A stretch of 64,000 nucleotides of DNA from Syntrophales bacterium. Its GTDB lineage: Bacteria > Desulfobacterota > Syntrophia > Syntrophales > UBA2210. Made by a program: the position numbers and the translations under genes. The notes under the pieces were generated by a model. It was not told where the DNA came from. It saw nothing but the letters and a program-made list of their open reading frames with translations, and ran no database searches. How positions within the stretch are numbered: position 1 is the first letter of the stretch; each line of letters begins with the position of its first letter. The DNA is taken from contig CAXXNF010000001.1 of the NCBI GenBank assembly GCA_963666365.2, forward strand, positions 736,001 to 800,000. Direction: 5' to 3'. Positions 17,842 through 28,976 of the stretch are shown here, one piece after another.

Positions 17842-20800
17842 ATGAAGCTGAAAAAAATAACCCTGGTGGTTTCTCTCGTTTTTGTTTTTTTACTGCCGCT
17901 GGCAATACCTGCTTATGCTGAAGATTACACCATAGAAGTAATAAAGGAGTACTACGACGACGGTGTAACTGTATCAGTGGAATATGAGGCATATCGCACC
18001 CTAGGAGGCAGTTACATAAGGCATGGATACTACAAGACCTTCTATTCGGATAGCACGCCAGAAATCGTCGGTCGGTATTATGAAGACAAGAAGGATGGAA
18101 GCTGGACCCGCTACTTTGCAAATGGGAAAAAATCCTTTGAGGGTTCTTATAAAAATGGCCTCGAAGAGGGCACCCACACCTATTGGTGGTCCGACGGGAC
18201 CAAAGCCTCCGAAGGCGCCTATTCGGCGGGCCTTGAGATAGGAATTCATAGGGAGTGGTATTTCGATGGTCAAATTGAGCGGCAGATCGGCTACAGCAAC
18301 GGAATTTACCAAGGGACCTGGACAGAATGGTACGAAGACGGCCAGATGAAATTTCAGGGAGAATACCGAAACGGCAAGGAAGAGGGAATACACCGGTATT
18401 GGTACGACACCGGATATATCTCGTATGAAACCTCTCATAAAGAAGGGGTATCTCACGGTCTCTGGACTAAGTGGTACAATTACGGCAATCAGATGGAGTG
18501 GCAGGAATCGTTCAGCAACGGCATTGAATGCGGAACCTTCAGGATGTGGAGTTCCTACGGCGAACTGCTCTATGAGGTACCCACCGGTATCTCCTGCAGC
18601 GCGTACGAGGTAAAGGAGGATCCCTATCCCGATCCCGAGGTGGTCCCCAAGGAGCTTCGCGGATATGTGCGCGATTGGACAACCGGGACGCCTCTCAAAG
18701 GGGCATCGCTTCAGGCAGGGGATTATCAGACCACCACCGATGCGGAAGGCTTTTACCGCCTCGAGCTGGGAGAGACGGATGTCTATACCGTCACCTGCTC
18801 CAATGAAGGCTACTACAGCCGCACCTCCACCTTCGATCTTACCGGCTACGACTACAAAACGGTCAACTGCAAGCTGAAACCGGTCCTGGATGTCTCTATT
18901 CCGGCCATTACCGACGTCACCTCGAAATACGGCAACACCTTTCTCTCGGGACTCACGGTGATGAACGAATACACGGTCTCGGTGGACTGGAGGGGAGAGC
19001 CGGGCACAGTGAAGTTCGAATTGAACGGCACGGTCTACCAGTCACCGGGAACGGCCACCGGCGCGACGCGCACTTTCAACATGGGAACCGATTTTATCGC
19101 GGGGACGGGCGCCAGGACCAATATGCTCAAGATCACCGCCTACAACGCTGCCGGTGGCGAATCGATACCGGCGGTCCTTCGGCCCCTGGTAGTTCCCATA
19201 CCGGGATGGGCCACCGACCTGGGCTCCTTCGGGAAAATCAAGCCCGACAAGGGACTGCTTGTCTATACCCTGGATGCCTCCTGGCCCTCGGAACCTATCA
19301 AGATTCAGATAGACGAGGAAACGTTGGGCTCCACCTTGTGGACCGCCTGGAACCTGGTGCCCATCGTAGGGGGAAGAGTTTTCGGCATCCCGCCGACCCA
19401 GACAATTCTGGCGGTGGAAGCAAAAACGGACGGTTCCGGAAGCGTGCTGCTGGGAGGATCGACGGGTTTCAAAGCGGCAGGGCAGGAAATCACCGGAAAA
19501 ATCGGCGGCAAGGGAAATCTGGAATACAAGATCGGCGAGGGCTTTGCGTGGAAGGGAGCAAGCCTTGTCCTGGGAACCGAAGGAACGATAAAGAAGGAAG
19601 TCGGGCCTGTCACCCTTATCCCCGCTTTGGAAAAGACCGTTTCTCTTCCAGTAATAGGAAGACCCCTCAAATGGTTCAACGAGAAGGCCAAAATCGAGGG
19701 AACCGTCAAGATCGGCGGCGAGCTCGACCTTCAGGTAATCAGCGAAACAGGAAAACTGGGCTTTCATAAAACGGAGGGAACGCTTACCGACGAAGTAGGA
19801 GTGGGACTGTCATGTGGGGTTTCAAAGCTCAAAACCGAGGTGTCGGGAGGGGGCACGGCAAAGATCACCTGGCAATTCCCTGCCGACCCCGGCTATCTCA
19901 AGCAACTGGAGTCGGAAATTAAGGCAAAAATAAGTATCACCACCTGGCTTTTCACAAAAGATTTTGAAGCGTCCCAGCCCTTCAGCTACCCGGAATCGGC
20001 TTCGGCATCGTCACTTTTAAAAAGCCCCGAATCGGCAACGCTCGATCTTTCCGATTTCAAACCGGTTTCCCGGGATTTCCTGAACAGCGCCTCCTACAGC
20101 CGATTCCTGCCCGAAAGCGGCAGAGCGCCCATGAGCGTTGAAACACAGGCCCTCATCGCCGAGGGGATTCTGGTCCAGAATGTCTACCCCTATTCGGAAC
20201 CGGTGATTGCAGAACATGACGGAAAGCTGGGAATCGCCTATGTCTACTTCGACCCCGCCGACACAACGCTTCAAGCAACGGAAATCTATTTTACCTACTA
20301 CAACGGCGAGACCTACAGCGAACCACATCCAATAAAGAATGACAGCCAGGCCGAATTTGCCCCGACGCTTGCCTTCGATCAGGACGGAAAGATCGTGGCA
20401 GCATGGGAACGTGTCAGGAATGAAAACTTTACAGGGGAAACCATTTTGGAAATGGCCCAAAATCTCGAGATCGTCTTCTCAGTTTTCGACCCCTCCACTG
20501 GCCAATGGACAGAACCGCTTCCCCTTACCGACAACAGCTACCTCGACCACAGTCCCATGGTGAAAAGGGGGACCGACGGAAGCCTTCTTCTTATGTGGCA
20601 AAGCAACGAAGGGGGAGAACTGATCGGAACAAGCGACTCCCCTTCCCGCCTGCACTATGCACTCTGGAACGGCACACACTTCGGCGCGGCACAGACAATC
20701 TCACAGTCATTCCAGGATTGTATCAGTTTTTCCGCTGCCTACAGGGGACCCGATGCCATTGTCGCCTATGCGAGGGATATGGATGGAGACCTGAGCACGG

Positions 20801-22446
20801 ATCAGGATCAGGAGCTTTTTTATCTTTCCTTTGACGGTTCCCTCTGGAGTGTGCCGGTCCGGCTCACCGACGATGAGATTCCGGACGTGAATCCACGCGT
20901 TCTCTACCGAACGGACGGCATTGCCGAACTCATCTGGCTGAAGGGGACCTCGATCACAAGGCTTGACGACTGGACGTCGGGCGCATACGAAACCATTCGG
21001 GACGGGAGTGTCTCGGTCACTTTTACCGATTTTGCCGTCACTGCCGACTCCCAGGATCGCCTGCTTGTGCTCTGGCAGGACCGGGACGAAAAAGGTTCCG
21101 ATCTCTTCTTCAGTCTCTACGACCGGGAAGCCGGTCTGTGGAGCGGAGATCTGAGGCTTACCGACGACAATATAATGGAAAAGGATTTTTCCGTACTTTT
21201 TTCAGCGGATGGAAAGCTTCACGCGGTCTATAACGGTGAAAATCTCGATACATCCGCAACTGATCTCTATCATAGCATATACGAACTGTCGCAGAATCTG
21301 ACATTACCGGCAGCGGGTCTGCGGGTGGAGCCGGCAAATCCGTCGCCGGGCGAATCGGTCACCCTTGTCGTCACCGTGGAAAACAGCGGAGACATCGCCC
21401 TGGCCGGCGTGGGGGTGAATTTTTACCTCGGCGACCCCAATGCATCGGGACAGCTCATAGGCGCCGCCACCGTCACACCCACACCGCTTGCGGCGGGAAA
21501 ATCGGGCGAAGCCTCCCTTGCCTGGACGGTACCGTCCTCAGGGGAACAGATAACGGTGTATGCCATGATTGATCCCGATGGGCTGATTGCTGAGGCGGAC
21601 GAAACTGATAACCTCGTCTCTCTTTCCGTAGTCAACCCTGATCTGGTGGCCATCCAGTGCCGCCTCGAGGAACAGGCGGATGGATCGGTAAATGTGATTG
21701 CAGTGGTCGACAATGCCGGCGAAGCGGCCGCTGACGATGTGGAAATACTGTATCGGGCCAACGGCGTCGATGTGGCCCTGCGCAGTGTGCCTAGAATACT
21801 GCCGGGCGCCCGGGTCGAAGTAATGTACACAATGTGGCGCAACATAGATTTTTCGGGCCTGCAATCGTTGATGGAAATCGCTGTCGATCCGGAAAATACA
21901 ATTACGGAGGCAAATAAAGATAACAATACCGCTTTCGCCTCGATTTCACAGATATCCCTCTCCACTGCAAGTGAAGATTTTGGCGGCATTGCTGTCGGCA
22001 CTCAGTCTCGCCAGCACACTTTGGTAATTACCAACACAGGGGTCTCGGCCATAACGCTCGGCACCATTACCATTACGGGGGATAAGGCGGCATTCTTCAC
22101 CATTCTGAACGATGCCCTGTCGGGCGTTACCCTCGAGCCGGGCGAAAGCGGAACTATCGATGTTTCCTTTTCCGCGCTCGAATCGGGAGCACAGAGTGCA
22201 TCTCTCATCATCCCCTGTGAAGGAACAGAAACCGACACCATCGCTATACCTCTCGCAGCAACAGGCATTGTAAAGGGGGATGTGAACGGCGACGGGACAG
22301 TCGATATTTCGGATCTCATTGCAGTACTCGCACTACTGACTGACGGCACAGGGAACGTTGTGTACACCGCCGCCGACAGCAACGGTGACGGCAGGATCGG
22401 CAGCGCCGAGGCCATATTCATTCTTCAGGCCTTGTCGGGAAATTAA
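17842..22446 (+). CDS. Large exported protein: MORN-variant repeats, carboxypeptidase-regulatory-like domain, beta-rich/propeller-like core, CARDB x2, choice-of-anchor-D-like Ig domain and C-terminal dockerin-like motif
   Basis: Signal peptide MKLKKITLVVSLVFVFLLPLAIPAYA behind GGAG; eight ~24-aa G.W..WY.DG repeats; IDPDGLIAEADETDN and VDPENTITEANKDNN (CARDB); tail GDVNGDGTVDISDLI..ADSNGDGRIGSAEAIFILQ. Confidence 0.85.
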   Translation: MKLKKITLVVSLVFVFLLPLAIPAYAEDYTIEVIKEYYDDGVTVSVEYEAYRTLGGSYIRHGYYKTFYSDSTPEIVGRYYEDKKDGSWTRYFANGKKSFEGSYKNGLEEGTHTYWWSDGTKASEGAYSAGLEIGIHREWYFDGQIERQIGYSNGIYQGTWTEWYEDGQMKFQGEYRNGKEEGIHRYWYDTGYISYETSHKEGVSHGLWTKWYNYGNQMEWQESFSNGIECGTFRMWSSYGELLYEVPTGISCSAYEVKEDPYPDPEVVPKELRGYVRDWTTGTPLKGASLQAGDYQTTTDAEGFYRLELGETDVYTVTCSNEGYYSRTSTFDLTGYDYKTVNCKLKPVLDVSIPAITDVTSKYGNTFLSGLTVMNEYTVSVDWRGEPGTVKFELNGTVYQSPGTATGATRTFNMGTDFIAGTGARTNMLKITAYNAAGGESIPAVLRPLVVPIPGWATDLGSFGKIKPDKGLLVYTLDASWPSEPIKIQIDEETLGSTLWTAWNLVPIVGGRVFGIPPTQTILAVEAKTDGSGSVLLGGSTGFKAAGQEITGKIGGKGNLEYKIGEGFAWKGASLVLGTEGTIKKEVGPVTLIPALEKTVSLPVIGRPLKWFNEKAKIEGTVKIGGELDLQVISETGKLGFHKTEGTLTDEVGVGLSCGVSKLKTEVSGGGTAKITWQFPADPGYLKQLESEIKAKISITTWLFTKDFEASQPFSYPESASASSLLKSPESATLDLSDFKPVSRDFLNSASYSRFLPESGRAPMSVETQALIAEGILVQNVYPYSEPVIAEHDGKLGIAYVYFDPADTTLQATEIYFTYYNGETYSEPHPIKNDSQAEFAPTLAFDQDGKIVAAWERVRNENFTGETILEMAQNLEIVFSVFDPSTGQWTEPLPLTDNSYLDHSPMVKRGTDGSLLLMWQSNEGGELIGTSDSPSRLHYALWNGTHFGAAQTISQSFQDCISFSAAYRGPDAIVAYARDMDGDLSTDQDQELFYLSFDGSLWSVPVRLTDDEIPDVNPRVLYRTDGIAELIWLKGTSITRLDDWTSGAYETIRDGSVSVTFTDFAVTADSQDRLLVLWQDRDEKGSDLFFSLYDREAGLWSGDLRLTDDNIMEKDFSVLFSADGKLHAVYNGENLDTSATDLYHSIYELSQNLTLPAAGLRVEPANPSPGESVTLVVTVENSGDIALAGVGVNFYLGDPNASGQLIGAATVTPTPLAAGKSGEASLAWTVPSSGEQITVYAMIDPDGLIAEADETDNLVSLSVVNPDLVAIQCRLEEQADGSVNVIAVVDNAGEAAADDVEILYRANGVDVALRSVPRILPGARVEVMYTMWRNIDFSGLQSLMEIAVDPENTITEANKDNNTAFASISQISLSTASEDFGGIAVGTQSRQHTLVITNTGVSAITLGTITITGDKAAFFTILNDALSGVTLEPGESGTIDVSFSALESGAQSASLIIPCEGTETDTIAIPLAATGIVKGDVNGDGTVDISDLIAVLALLTDGTGNVVYTAADSNGDGRIGSAEAIFILQALSGN

Positions 22447-22469
22447 TAATGATGGACTCGCAAGAAGTC

Positions 22470-22750
22470 ACAGTCCACTCCCTTGGCGGGAGGTGATGAA
22501 GGGGATGGGTATGTTCAACTACCTGTAATAACGTTACTTATAACCCTCACCCTAACCCCTCTCCCCTCAGAGGCTGTGTCATAATAGGTACACAGAGAGG
22601 AGGGGCCTTCGCGGAGGGTATGAAATCCCCCCTGCCACCCCTTTGTTAAAGGGGGGATTTTTAAGGAATAACAAATAGATGCCAAGACGCAGAGAAAAAC
22701 AATTTTTATTTCCTCTTGTCCTCAGCGCCCCTGCGCCTCTGCGCGAAATT
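22470..22750. repeat. Cluster of REP-like palindromes from several families between convergent genes
   Basis: ACCCTCACCCTAACCCCTCTCCC, AATCCCCCC..GGGGGGATT and CCTCAGCGCCCCTGCGCCTCTGCGCGAAA. The first motif recurs at 56339 and the last at 34752 and 37428. Confidence 0.6.
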
Positions 22751-22840
22751 CTGTTTTTTCCAGTACGCTGCCCAAAAAACGGTGAGTTACTTTCCATTAT
22801 AATGCCGATCCGTCGGTATATGGAGTTTTTTACGAAACTA

Positions 22841-23344
22841 TCAAAATTCCCCTATCAGCACTTCCGGAAGGGGAATGCGATCCGACGACTGGCTGCGGTC
22901 AGCGGGATGCCCCACGGCAAGCACCGCCATCAGTTCCAGATTCCCCGGTGCATCGAGAAGACTGCAGACCTCTTCGGCCCTGTTCAATATTTCACCGAGC
23001 CATACAGCGCCCAGGCCCAGGGCATGGGCGGCAAGGAGCATATTCTGAAGACAGGCGCCCATGGCCTGGTGATCCTTGGTCTCGTGATACATGGCCCTTC
23101 GATCCAGAAATACGGCAATGCAGGCGGGCGCCTTTTCTATGACGGCACGGTACTTCGTCAGCACCGAAAGCCGTCGGCGCATGGCGACATCGGCAACTAT
23201 CACAAAGCGCCAGGGCTGATTATTGAGCCCCGACGGCGCCCAGGTTCCCGCCTTTATAATCTCCAGAAGATCATTTCTGGTCACGGGAGTTTCAGTAAAG
23301 TTCCGCACACTTCGCCTGGAATAGAGTCCCTCGATAAGTTCCAC
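22841..23344 (-). CDS. Nitroreductase family protein
   Basis: SRRSVRNF, WAPSGLNNQPWRF, QNMLLAAHALGLGAVW; GTG start behind AGGAG. Confidence 0.92.
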   Translation of the reverse strand: MELIEGLYSRRSVRNFTETPVTRNDLLEIIKAGTWAPSGLNNQPWRFVIVADVAMRRRLSVLTKYRAVIEKAPACIAVFLDRRAMYHETKDHQAMGACLQNMLLAAHALGLGAVWLGEILNRAEEVCSLLDAPGNLELMAVLAVGHPADRSQSSDRIPLPEVLIGEF

Positions 23345-23366
23345 CGGTTCTCTCCTGTTCCTTGTG

Positions 23367-24188
23367 TTACTTTGTATCCGCCTGGTGCAGATGGACATCG
23401 GTCTGGGGGAACGGAATGGCAATGCCCTCGGCATCGAAGGCGTTTTTCATATTTTCGATCAGATCAAACCGAATCGGCCAGTAGTCGGTCCCCTTCACCC
23501 AGGGGCGCACGGCGATATTGACGCTGCTGTCGGCGAGCTCCAGTACGCCGATAGTCGGCGCCGGCGCCGCGAGAATGCGTGTTTCGGCCGCAAGCACCCG
23601 TCCTATCACCTCCCTGACCTTTTTGAGATCGTCGCTGTAACTGACGCCGAAGACCAGATCAAGCCGGCGATCCGGTTTTGCGGAGTAATTGATGATGTTG
23701 TCCGACGTGAGCTTCGCATTGGGAACAATAATCGTCCTGTTATCGGGGGTTTTCAGCTGCGAGGTGAACATCTGAATCGACTCCACGGTACCCGCCGTTC
23801 CTGCGCCTTCAATGTAGTCTCCCGCCTTGAAGGGGCGAAAGATGATAATCAGTATGCCGGCGGCAAAATTCGCCAGTGATCCCTGCAGGGCCAGACCTAC
23901 GGCCAGACCGGCGGCGCCGATGATGGCGATGAAGGAGGTCGTCTGCACGCCGAGCTGATTGAGGGCAGCAATAATAATCACCAGAAGAAGGAGGGTGTAG
24001 AGCAGATGCCCTACAAAGGTAATCAGCATGGTTTCCACGCCCCGTTTTGTCATCATCTTCTCGGTCAGGTTCGTAAGAAATCGCGCAATCCACCGTCCCA
24101 CCACGAAAATAATGATGGCCGCGATGATTCGAAGCCCGTACAGGGCCGCCCATTCCTGCAATGTTACCCACACCGCCGATGAATCCAT
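23367..24188 (-). CDS. mscS: Small-conductance mechanosensitive channel MscS
   Basis: GAAGLAVGLALQGSLANFAAG, FRPFKAGDYIE, IVPNAKL, GIAIPFPQ. Confidence 0.93.
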   Translation of the reverse strand: MDSSAVWVTLQEWAALYGLRIIAAIIIFVVGRWIARFLTNLTEKMMTKRGVETMLITFVGHLLYTLLLLVIIIAALNQLGVQTTSFIAIIGAAGLAVGLALQGSLANFAAGILIIIFRPFKAGDYIEGAGTAGTVESIQMFTSQLKTPDNRTIIVPNAKLTSDNIINYSAKPDRRLDLVFGVSYSDDLKKVREVIGRVLAAETRILAAPAPTIGVLELADSSVNIAVRPWVKGTDYWPIRFDLIENMKNAFDAEGIAIPFPQTDVHLHQADTK

Positions 24189-24418
24189 AGTCCATTCTCC
24201 TTTTCGTTCAGTATAAAGTGCTATGTTACCGGCAAACACCCTCTTGCAATCCCCGCTTTCACACAAAATAGCCGAACCTGTAAAAATTATCAAGCAAATG
24301 ATTCTGCAAAGTTACAGCGCAGGAGAAGCGACAGGCGATTTGATGTACCTGCACGAATGTGATACAAAAAGGTTGTTCTGTTACCGTAACCGTTCAGTCA
24401 CGACCCCTGGAGGCATTC

Positions 24419-26060
24419 ATGAGGAAAATTCTCATTCTGTGGATATATGTTGCCCTCATATGGGCCGTTCCTCTTCAGGTGTATGGGTCCGGCGACAGCA
24501 CCGCCGGCGCCCTGACGGAAAAGATTCGCGAGAAGATGCGCACTCCCCGGAGTTTCTGCATCCGCGAAGGTCTTGCATGTCCTTCGTTGCTGACCCGTTT
24601 TTACGCTGCACGGAAGTATCGTCCCGCCTGGTGTGCCGGTCCGGGGCTCAATGCCGAAGCGCTCGATCTCATCGCCTCCATAGGGAAGGCGCCCGAGGTG
24701 GGACTGAGGCCGGCGGACTATCATCTGGATGCCATCGAAACCCTGGTCCAAAAGGTATCGAAGGACCCGGCGGCAGGCGCCGATCTGGATCTTGTGCTCA
24801 CCGATTCCTTTTTTATCTATGCGTCCCATTTACAAGCGGGGCGCATCGACCCTGAAACCATCCACCCCCAATGGAGCGGCCATACGAGAAGACTCAATCT
24901 GACTCGAACCCTCGAGAGCGCCCTTGCCAGAGGCGCCGTCGCTGAATCGCTTGGCCGGCTTCACCCCCCTCATTCCGAATACGCCCGGCTTCAACAGGCC
25001 CTTGGCTTCTACCGCGCCATCGCACAAAAAGGGGGATGGGAATTTATCCCTCGCGGCACAATGCTGAGGAAGGGTGACCGGGACAGACGGGTGGCGCTTT
25101 TACGCCGTCACCTGGAAATGACGGGAGATCTGATCGAGTCAAGGAGTGAAGATACACTTCTGTTAGATGCTGCGCTGCAACGGGCCCTGATGAAATACCA
25201 GCAGCGCCATAACCTCAGGATCGACGGTATTCTGGGGCCCGAATCCACACATCGCCTCAACGTTCCGGTGGAAGGGCTCATCGGCGCCATTGAATTGAAT
25301 ATGGAGCGCTGGCGCTGGCTCCCTCACAATCTGGGGACACGATACATTCGCGTCAATATCGCCGATTTCAGCCTCGATGTAATGGAAAAGGACGAACCGG
25401 TCCTCTCCATGAAGATCGTCGCGGGAAAGAGCTACCGCAAGACTCCCGTATTCAGCAGTAATATGACCTACCTTGTGATCAATCCCTTCTGGAATGTCCC
25501 CACCATCATCGCAGTAGAGGATATACTTCCGCTGCTGCCCCGAAACCCGGCCTACCTGGCCAAGCAGAAGATCAAGGTCTATGAGAGCTGGGATGACAAT
25601 ATGCCCGAAATAGATCCGGGGCGCATCAAGTGGAACAGGCTCGACAGGGACACATTCCCCTATTATTTCAGACAGGCGCCGGGACCGGATAATCCGCTGG
25701 GACGCATTAAATTCATGTTTCCCAACAGATTCGACGTCTACCTTCACGATACGCCCCCACCGGGACCTTTTCAACCGGACAATGCGCGACTTCAGTTCCG
25801 GCTGCATCCGCATAGAAAAACCGCTTGACCTCGCCGCCTACGTACTTCAGGAAGATGAGCGCTGGAATCGTCATGCCATCGAGGAGGCCATGCAATCGGA
25901 AATCACGCAGACGGTGCCGCTGCCCCGCTCCATACCGGTCCACATACTCTACATGACCGCCTGGACCGATCGGGAAGGTCGGACCCACTTCCGTCGCGAC
26001 ACCTATGAGCGGGACATCGTACTCCATGCCGCGCTCATGAAAAAGCCGCCTCCCCTGTGA
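24419..26060 (+). CDS. Murein L,D-transpeptidase YcbB/LdtD-like, with an apparent +1 frameshift
   Basis: PG-binding DGILGPE, LNMERWRW, NPFWNVP, PGPDNPLGRIKFMFPN. Removing one C from the C5 run at 25754-25758 gives LHDTPHRDLFNRTMRDFSSGCIR and joins the two ORFs. Confidence 0.85.
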
Positions 26061-26194
26061 CCCCGACGGGCTTCACTCATTGCGCATGATAAACTTGCTT
26101 GTTTTCATCACCCCTTTTCTGCTATAAGACTTCCGATTGTCTGCAGAGGGAAATTAAATACATACACTGTTCATAAGGAGGCAGACGCCGTTCC

Positions 26195-26758
26195 ATGACC
26201 ATTTTTCAGCACCATATGAACCGCCGCTCCTTTCTCGGATGGACCCTTTCGCTTGCCGTTACCTCTCAGATTCCGTTCAAGGCCTTGGGCGCGCCCGCGC
26301 CCGTGCAACCACCGGCAGAACGCTCGCTCTATCTCTTTCACAGATGTACCCATGAGCACTTCAAGGGGGTCTACTGGGCTGAAGGAGCCTACCTCCCCGA
26401 GTCATTGAAAGCCATTAACACGCTCCTTCGCGATTATCGGACGGGCGAAATCAAACCTATCGACAATGGATTGCTCGACCTGCTCTATATGATTCAGATG
26501 CATGGATCAAAGAAAGATCCCCTCCATATCTTCTCGGGGTATCGATCCCGCCGTACCAACAATCTGCTCAGAAAGAAAAACCGCGTAGTCGCCCGCAACA
26601 GTTTTCATCTGAGGGGAATGGCAGCCGATATAACCATGCCTCAGGTTCCCCTGAAGACTTTGAGAAAAATCGCCTCTCAGATAAAGGCCGGCGGCGTCGG
26701 ATACTATCCGCGGTCCCGGTTTATTCACGTCGATACGGGGCCGGTCCGCTTCTGGTAG
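26195..26758 (+). CDS. YcbK/MepK-like (DUF882, peptidase M15) Tat-exported protein
   Basis: Twin-arginine RRSFL; LRDYRTGE, SGYRS, SFHLRGMAADI, GGVGYYPRSRFIHVDTGPVRFW; adjacent to a ycbB-like gene. Confidence 0.9.
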   Translation: MTIFQHHMNRRSFLGWTLSLAVTSQIPFKALGAPAPVQPPAERSLYLFHRCTHEHFKGVYWAEGAYLPESLKAINTLLRDYRTGEIKPIDNGLLDLLYMIQMHGSKKDPLHIFSGYRSRRTNNLLRKKNRVVARNSFHLRGMAADITMPQVPLKTLRKIASQIKAGGVGYYPRSRFIHVDTGPVRFW

Positions 26759-26931
26759 GGTCTGCATTTTTAGAAGACTTTTTCCTTGACATTTAAAAAG
26801 AATAAGTATTCTATTATGTTCTCTTGTTACATCACTTTTCACATAGATGTTCGCCCGGGGAGCAGACTCCGCGGGTGAAAATAGGGGGGGAGTGGGACAG
26901 TGCCGGCATATGAGGAAAGGAGGGACATTTG

Positions 26932-27134
26932 TTGGCTGAAGGGGTAGTAAAATGGTTTAGCGATAAAAAAGGATATGGATTTATCGAGGGGGGAAAACGG
27001 TCAGGATCTTTTTGTTCATTTTTCCTTCATAAACTCACCGGGATTCAAGACTCTCTCCGAGGGGGATCAGGTTACCTTTGAAATCGAAGATGGGGATCGA
27101 GGACCGGTCGCAAAAAAACGTAACAAAGTGTTAG
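26932..27134 (+). CDS. Cold-shock domain protein with two apparent +1 homopolymer frameshifts
   Basis: TTG start: [18 protein letters not shown]. Removing one G (run 26988-26993) gives [28 protein letters not shown]; removing one A near 27112-27118 gives GPVAKNVTKC-stop. Confidence 0.85.
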
Positions 27135-27254
27135 TGCAATCTCTTTCCTGCCTGTAGTGCACTCATGCAGGAAAGCTCATTTCGTGTAAGGCGACGCATC
27201 GCCGCATATGCTGCGTCCCCTCATTGCAGACCCTCCCGGATTGCACCCCGTGAT

Positions 27255-27287
27255 AAGGCGGGAAATTTTATTCCCGCCTTTTTCTTT
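27255..27287 (+). terminator. Intrinsic terminator between convergent csp and gspE
   Basis: AAGGCGGGAA-ATTTTA-TTCCCGCCTT followed by a T-rich tract. Confidence 0.65.
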
Positions 27288-28971
27288 ATATCCGGGTCAC
27301 CCTGAAAACCTCTTCGATGGTGGTAAGTCCCTGGAGCACTTTTCCGGCGCCGTCCTGCACCAGGGTGACCATCCCCGCCTTGACCGCCTGGCGCCGTATC
27401 TGGTTTGAATCGGAAGTGGTAAGCATCAATTTTTTCAGCTCGTCGTCGCAGAGCATCATTTCGAAGATGGCGCTTCGGCCTCGAAAGCCCGTGTTCATGC
27501 AGGCGGAGCAGCCGATGCTGCGATACACCGTGGGCCTCTCCCTTTCAAAAGATCCGAGCCCTATTTTCTTCAGCGACTGTTCATCGGGCACATAGGACTC
27601 TTTGCAGACGGGGCAGAGGACCCTGACGAGCCGCTGTGCAATAACAGCGATCACCGACGATGACACGAGAAAGGGTTCAATCTCCATATCGATGATGCGG
27701 GTGATCGCGCTGGCGGCGTCATTGGTATGCAGCGTGGAAAACACAAGGTGTCCCGTCAGCGACGATTGAATGGCGATTTCCGCCGTTTCTTTATCCCGGA
27801 CTTCTCCTACAAGGATCACATCGGGGTCCTGTCGGACAATGGAACGAAGCCCCCGGGCGAAGGTGAGATCGATTTTGGGGTTCACCTGAATCTGCCCGAT
27901 GCCCTCCATCTGATATTCCACGGGATCTTCAATGGTGATAATGTTGATCTCCGGTTTGTTGATGGTCGAAAGCGCCGCATAGAGCGTGGTCGATTTTCCG
28001 CTTCCCGTCGGTCCCGTGACGAGAATGATTCCGTGGGGCGATGAAATGAGATCGGTAAAGAGCGCCAGCCTCTGATCGTCCAGTCCCAGGTCCTTCAGCT
28101 CGAAGACCATCCCCGTCTTGTCGAGCAGGCGCAAGACCACCCGCTCGCCGAAGGAGGTGGGGATGACCGATACGCGGATATCGATGGATTTGTCGCCGAT
28201 CTTTATGTCGATTCTGCCGTCCTGGGGAAGCCGCTTTTCGGCAATATTTAATTTTGCCATCACCTTCACCCGGGATACCAGCGACGACTGAATCCGTTTG
28301 GGCAGGTTGAGAATGTTGTAGAGGATGCCGTCAATGCGGTATCGGACAATTAATGAATTATGGTAGGGCTCTATATGGATGTCGCTGGCCCGCTCCTTGA
28401 CGGCCCGCGACAGCATGACATTTACCAGCTTGACAAGGGGCGCGTCGCTGGTGTCGTCGAGCAGATCCGCCGTTTCCTCGATCTCGGAGATGATGCTGTC
28501 GGGAGATTCCTCGTTGATATCCTGTATGAACTCGTCGGCCGATTCGCCACCCTGATCGTAGGCGTGATTGATGGCCGAGAGTATCGCCACCTGGGGCGCC
28601 AGCACCACCGGCGCGTCGTCCCAGTTCAACAGATGGCGCAGATCGTCGATGGGTTGAAAATCGGACGGGTCGAGGACGGCGATATATCTGCCCTCCGGAG
28701 TGTCCAGGGGAATCATTTTGTGTCGTTTCAGATACTGAATGGACACCTTTCTGGTAAAGTCGACCTTTACATCCCCCAGGGGAAGTTCATGGCGGAGAGG
28801 AATGTCGAGCCGCCGGCTCACGGCCTCGAGAAAATCGGCCTCGGAGAGGCTCTTTCGCGCAAGCAGCGCCTCGGCGACGCCGCCGCCGTGGTCGCGCCGC
28901 AGCTCCTTCGCCTCTTCAATCAGGGCATCGAGCAGTTTCCCGGTATTTTTTGAATCGGCCGCTTCCGCCAT
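27286..28971 (-). CDS. gspE: Type II secretion ATPase GspE
   Basis: ASDIHIEP, Walker A GPTGSGKSTT, TIEDPVE, RQDPDVILVGE, TGHLVFSTLHTNDA, Zn motifs CPVC and CSAC. Confidence 0.95.
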   Translation of the reverse strand: MAEAADSKNTGKLLDALIEEAKELRRDHGGGVAEALLARKSLSEADFLEAVSRRLDIPLRHELPLGDVKVDFTRKVSIQYLKRHKMIPLDTPEGRYIAVLDPSDFQPIDDLRHLLNWDDAPVVLAPQVAILSAINHAYDQGGESADEFIQDINEESPDSIISEIEETADLLDDTSDAPLVKLVNVMLSRAVKERASDIHIEPYHNSLIVRYRIDGILYNILNLPKRIQSSLVSRVKVMAKLNIAEKRLPQDGRIDIKIGDKSIDIRVSVIPTSFGERVVLRLLDKTGMVFELKDLGLDDQRLALFTDLISSPHGIILVTGPTGSGKSTTLYAALSTINKPEINIITIEDPVEYQMEGIGQIQVNPKIDLTFARGLRSIVRQDPDVILVGEVRDKETAEIAIQSSLTGHLVFSTLHTNDAASAITRIIDMEIEPFLVSSSVIAVIAQRLVRVLCPVCKESYVPDEQSLKKIGLGSFERERPTVYRSIGCSACMNTGFRGRSAIFEMMLCDDELKKLMLTTSDSNQIRRQAVKAGMVTLVQDGAGKVLQGLTTIEEVFRVTRI

Positions 28972-28976
28972 ATATG

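Noticed and set aside
25782..26060. Separate 92-aa gene (also 26975-27157, 31879-32421 and 32447-32842 as independent genes)
   Set aside because: Each is a piece of a single gene split by a one-base homopolymer insertion.
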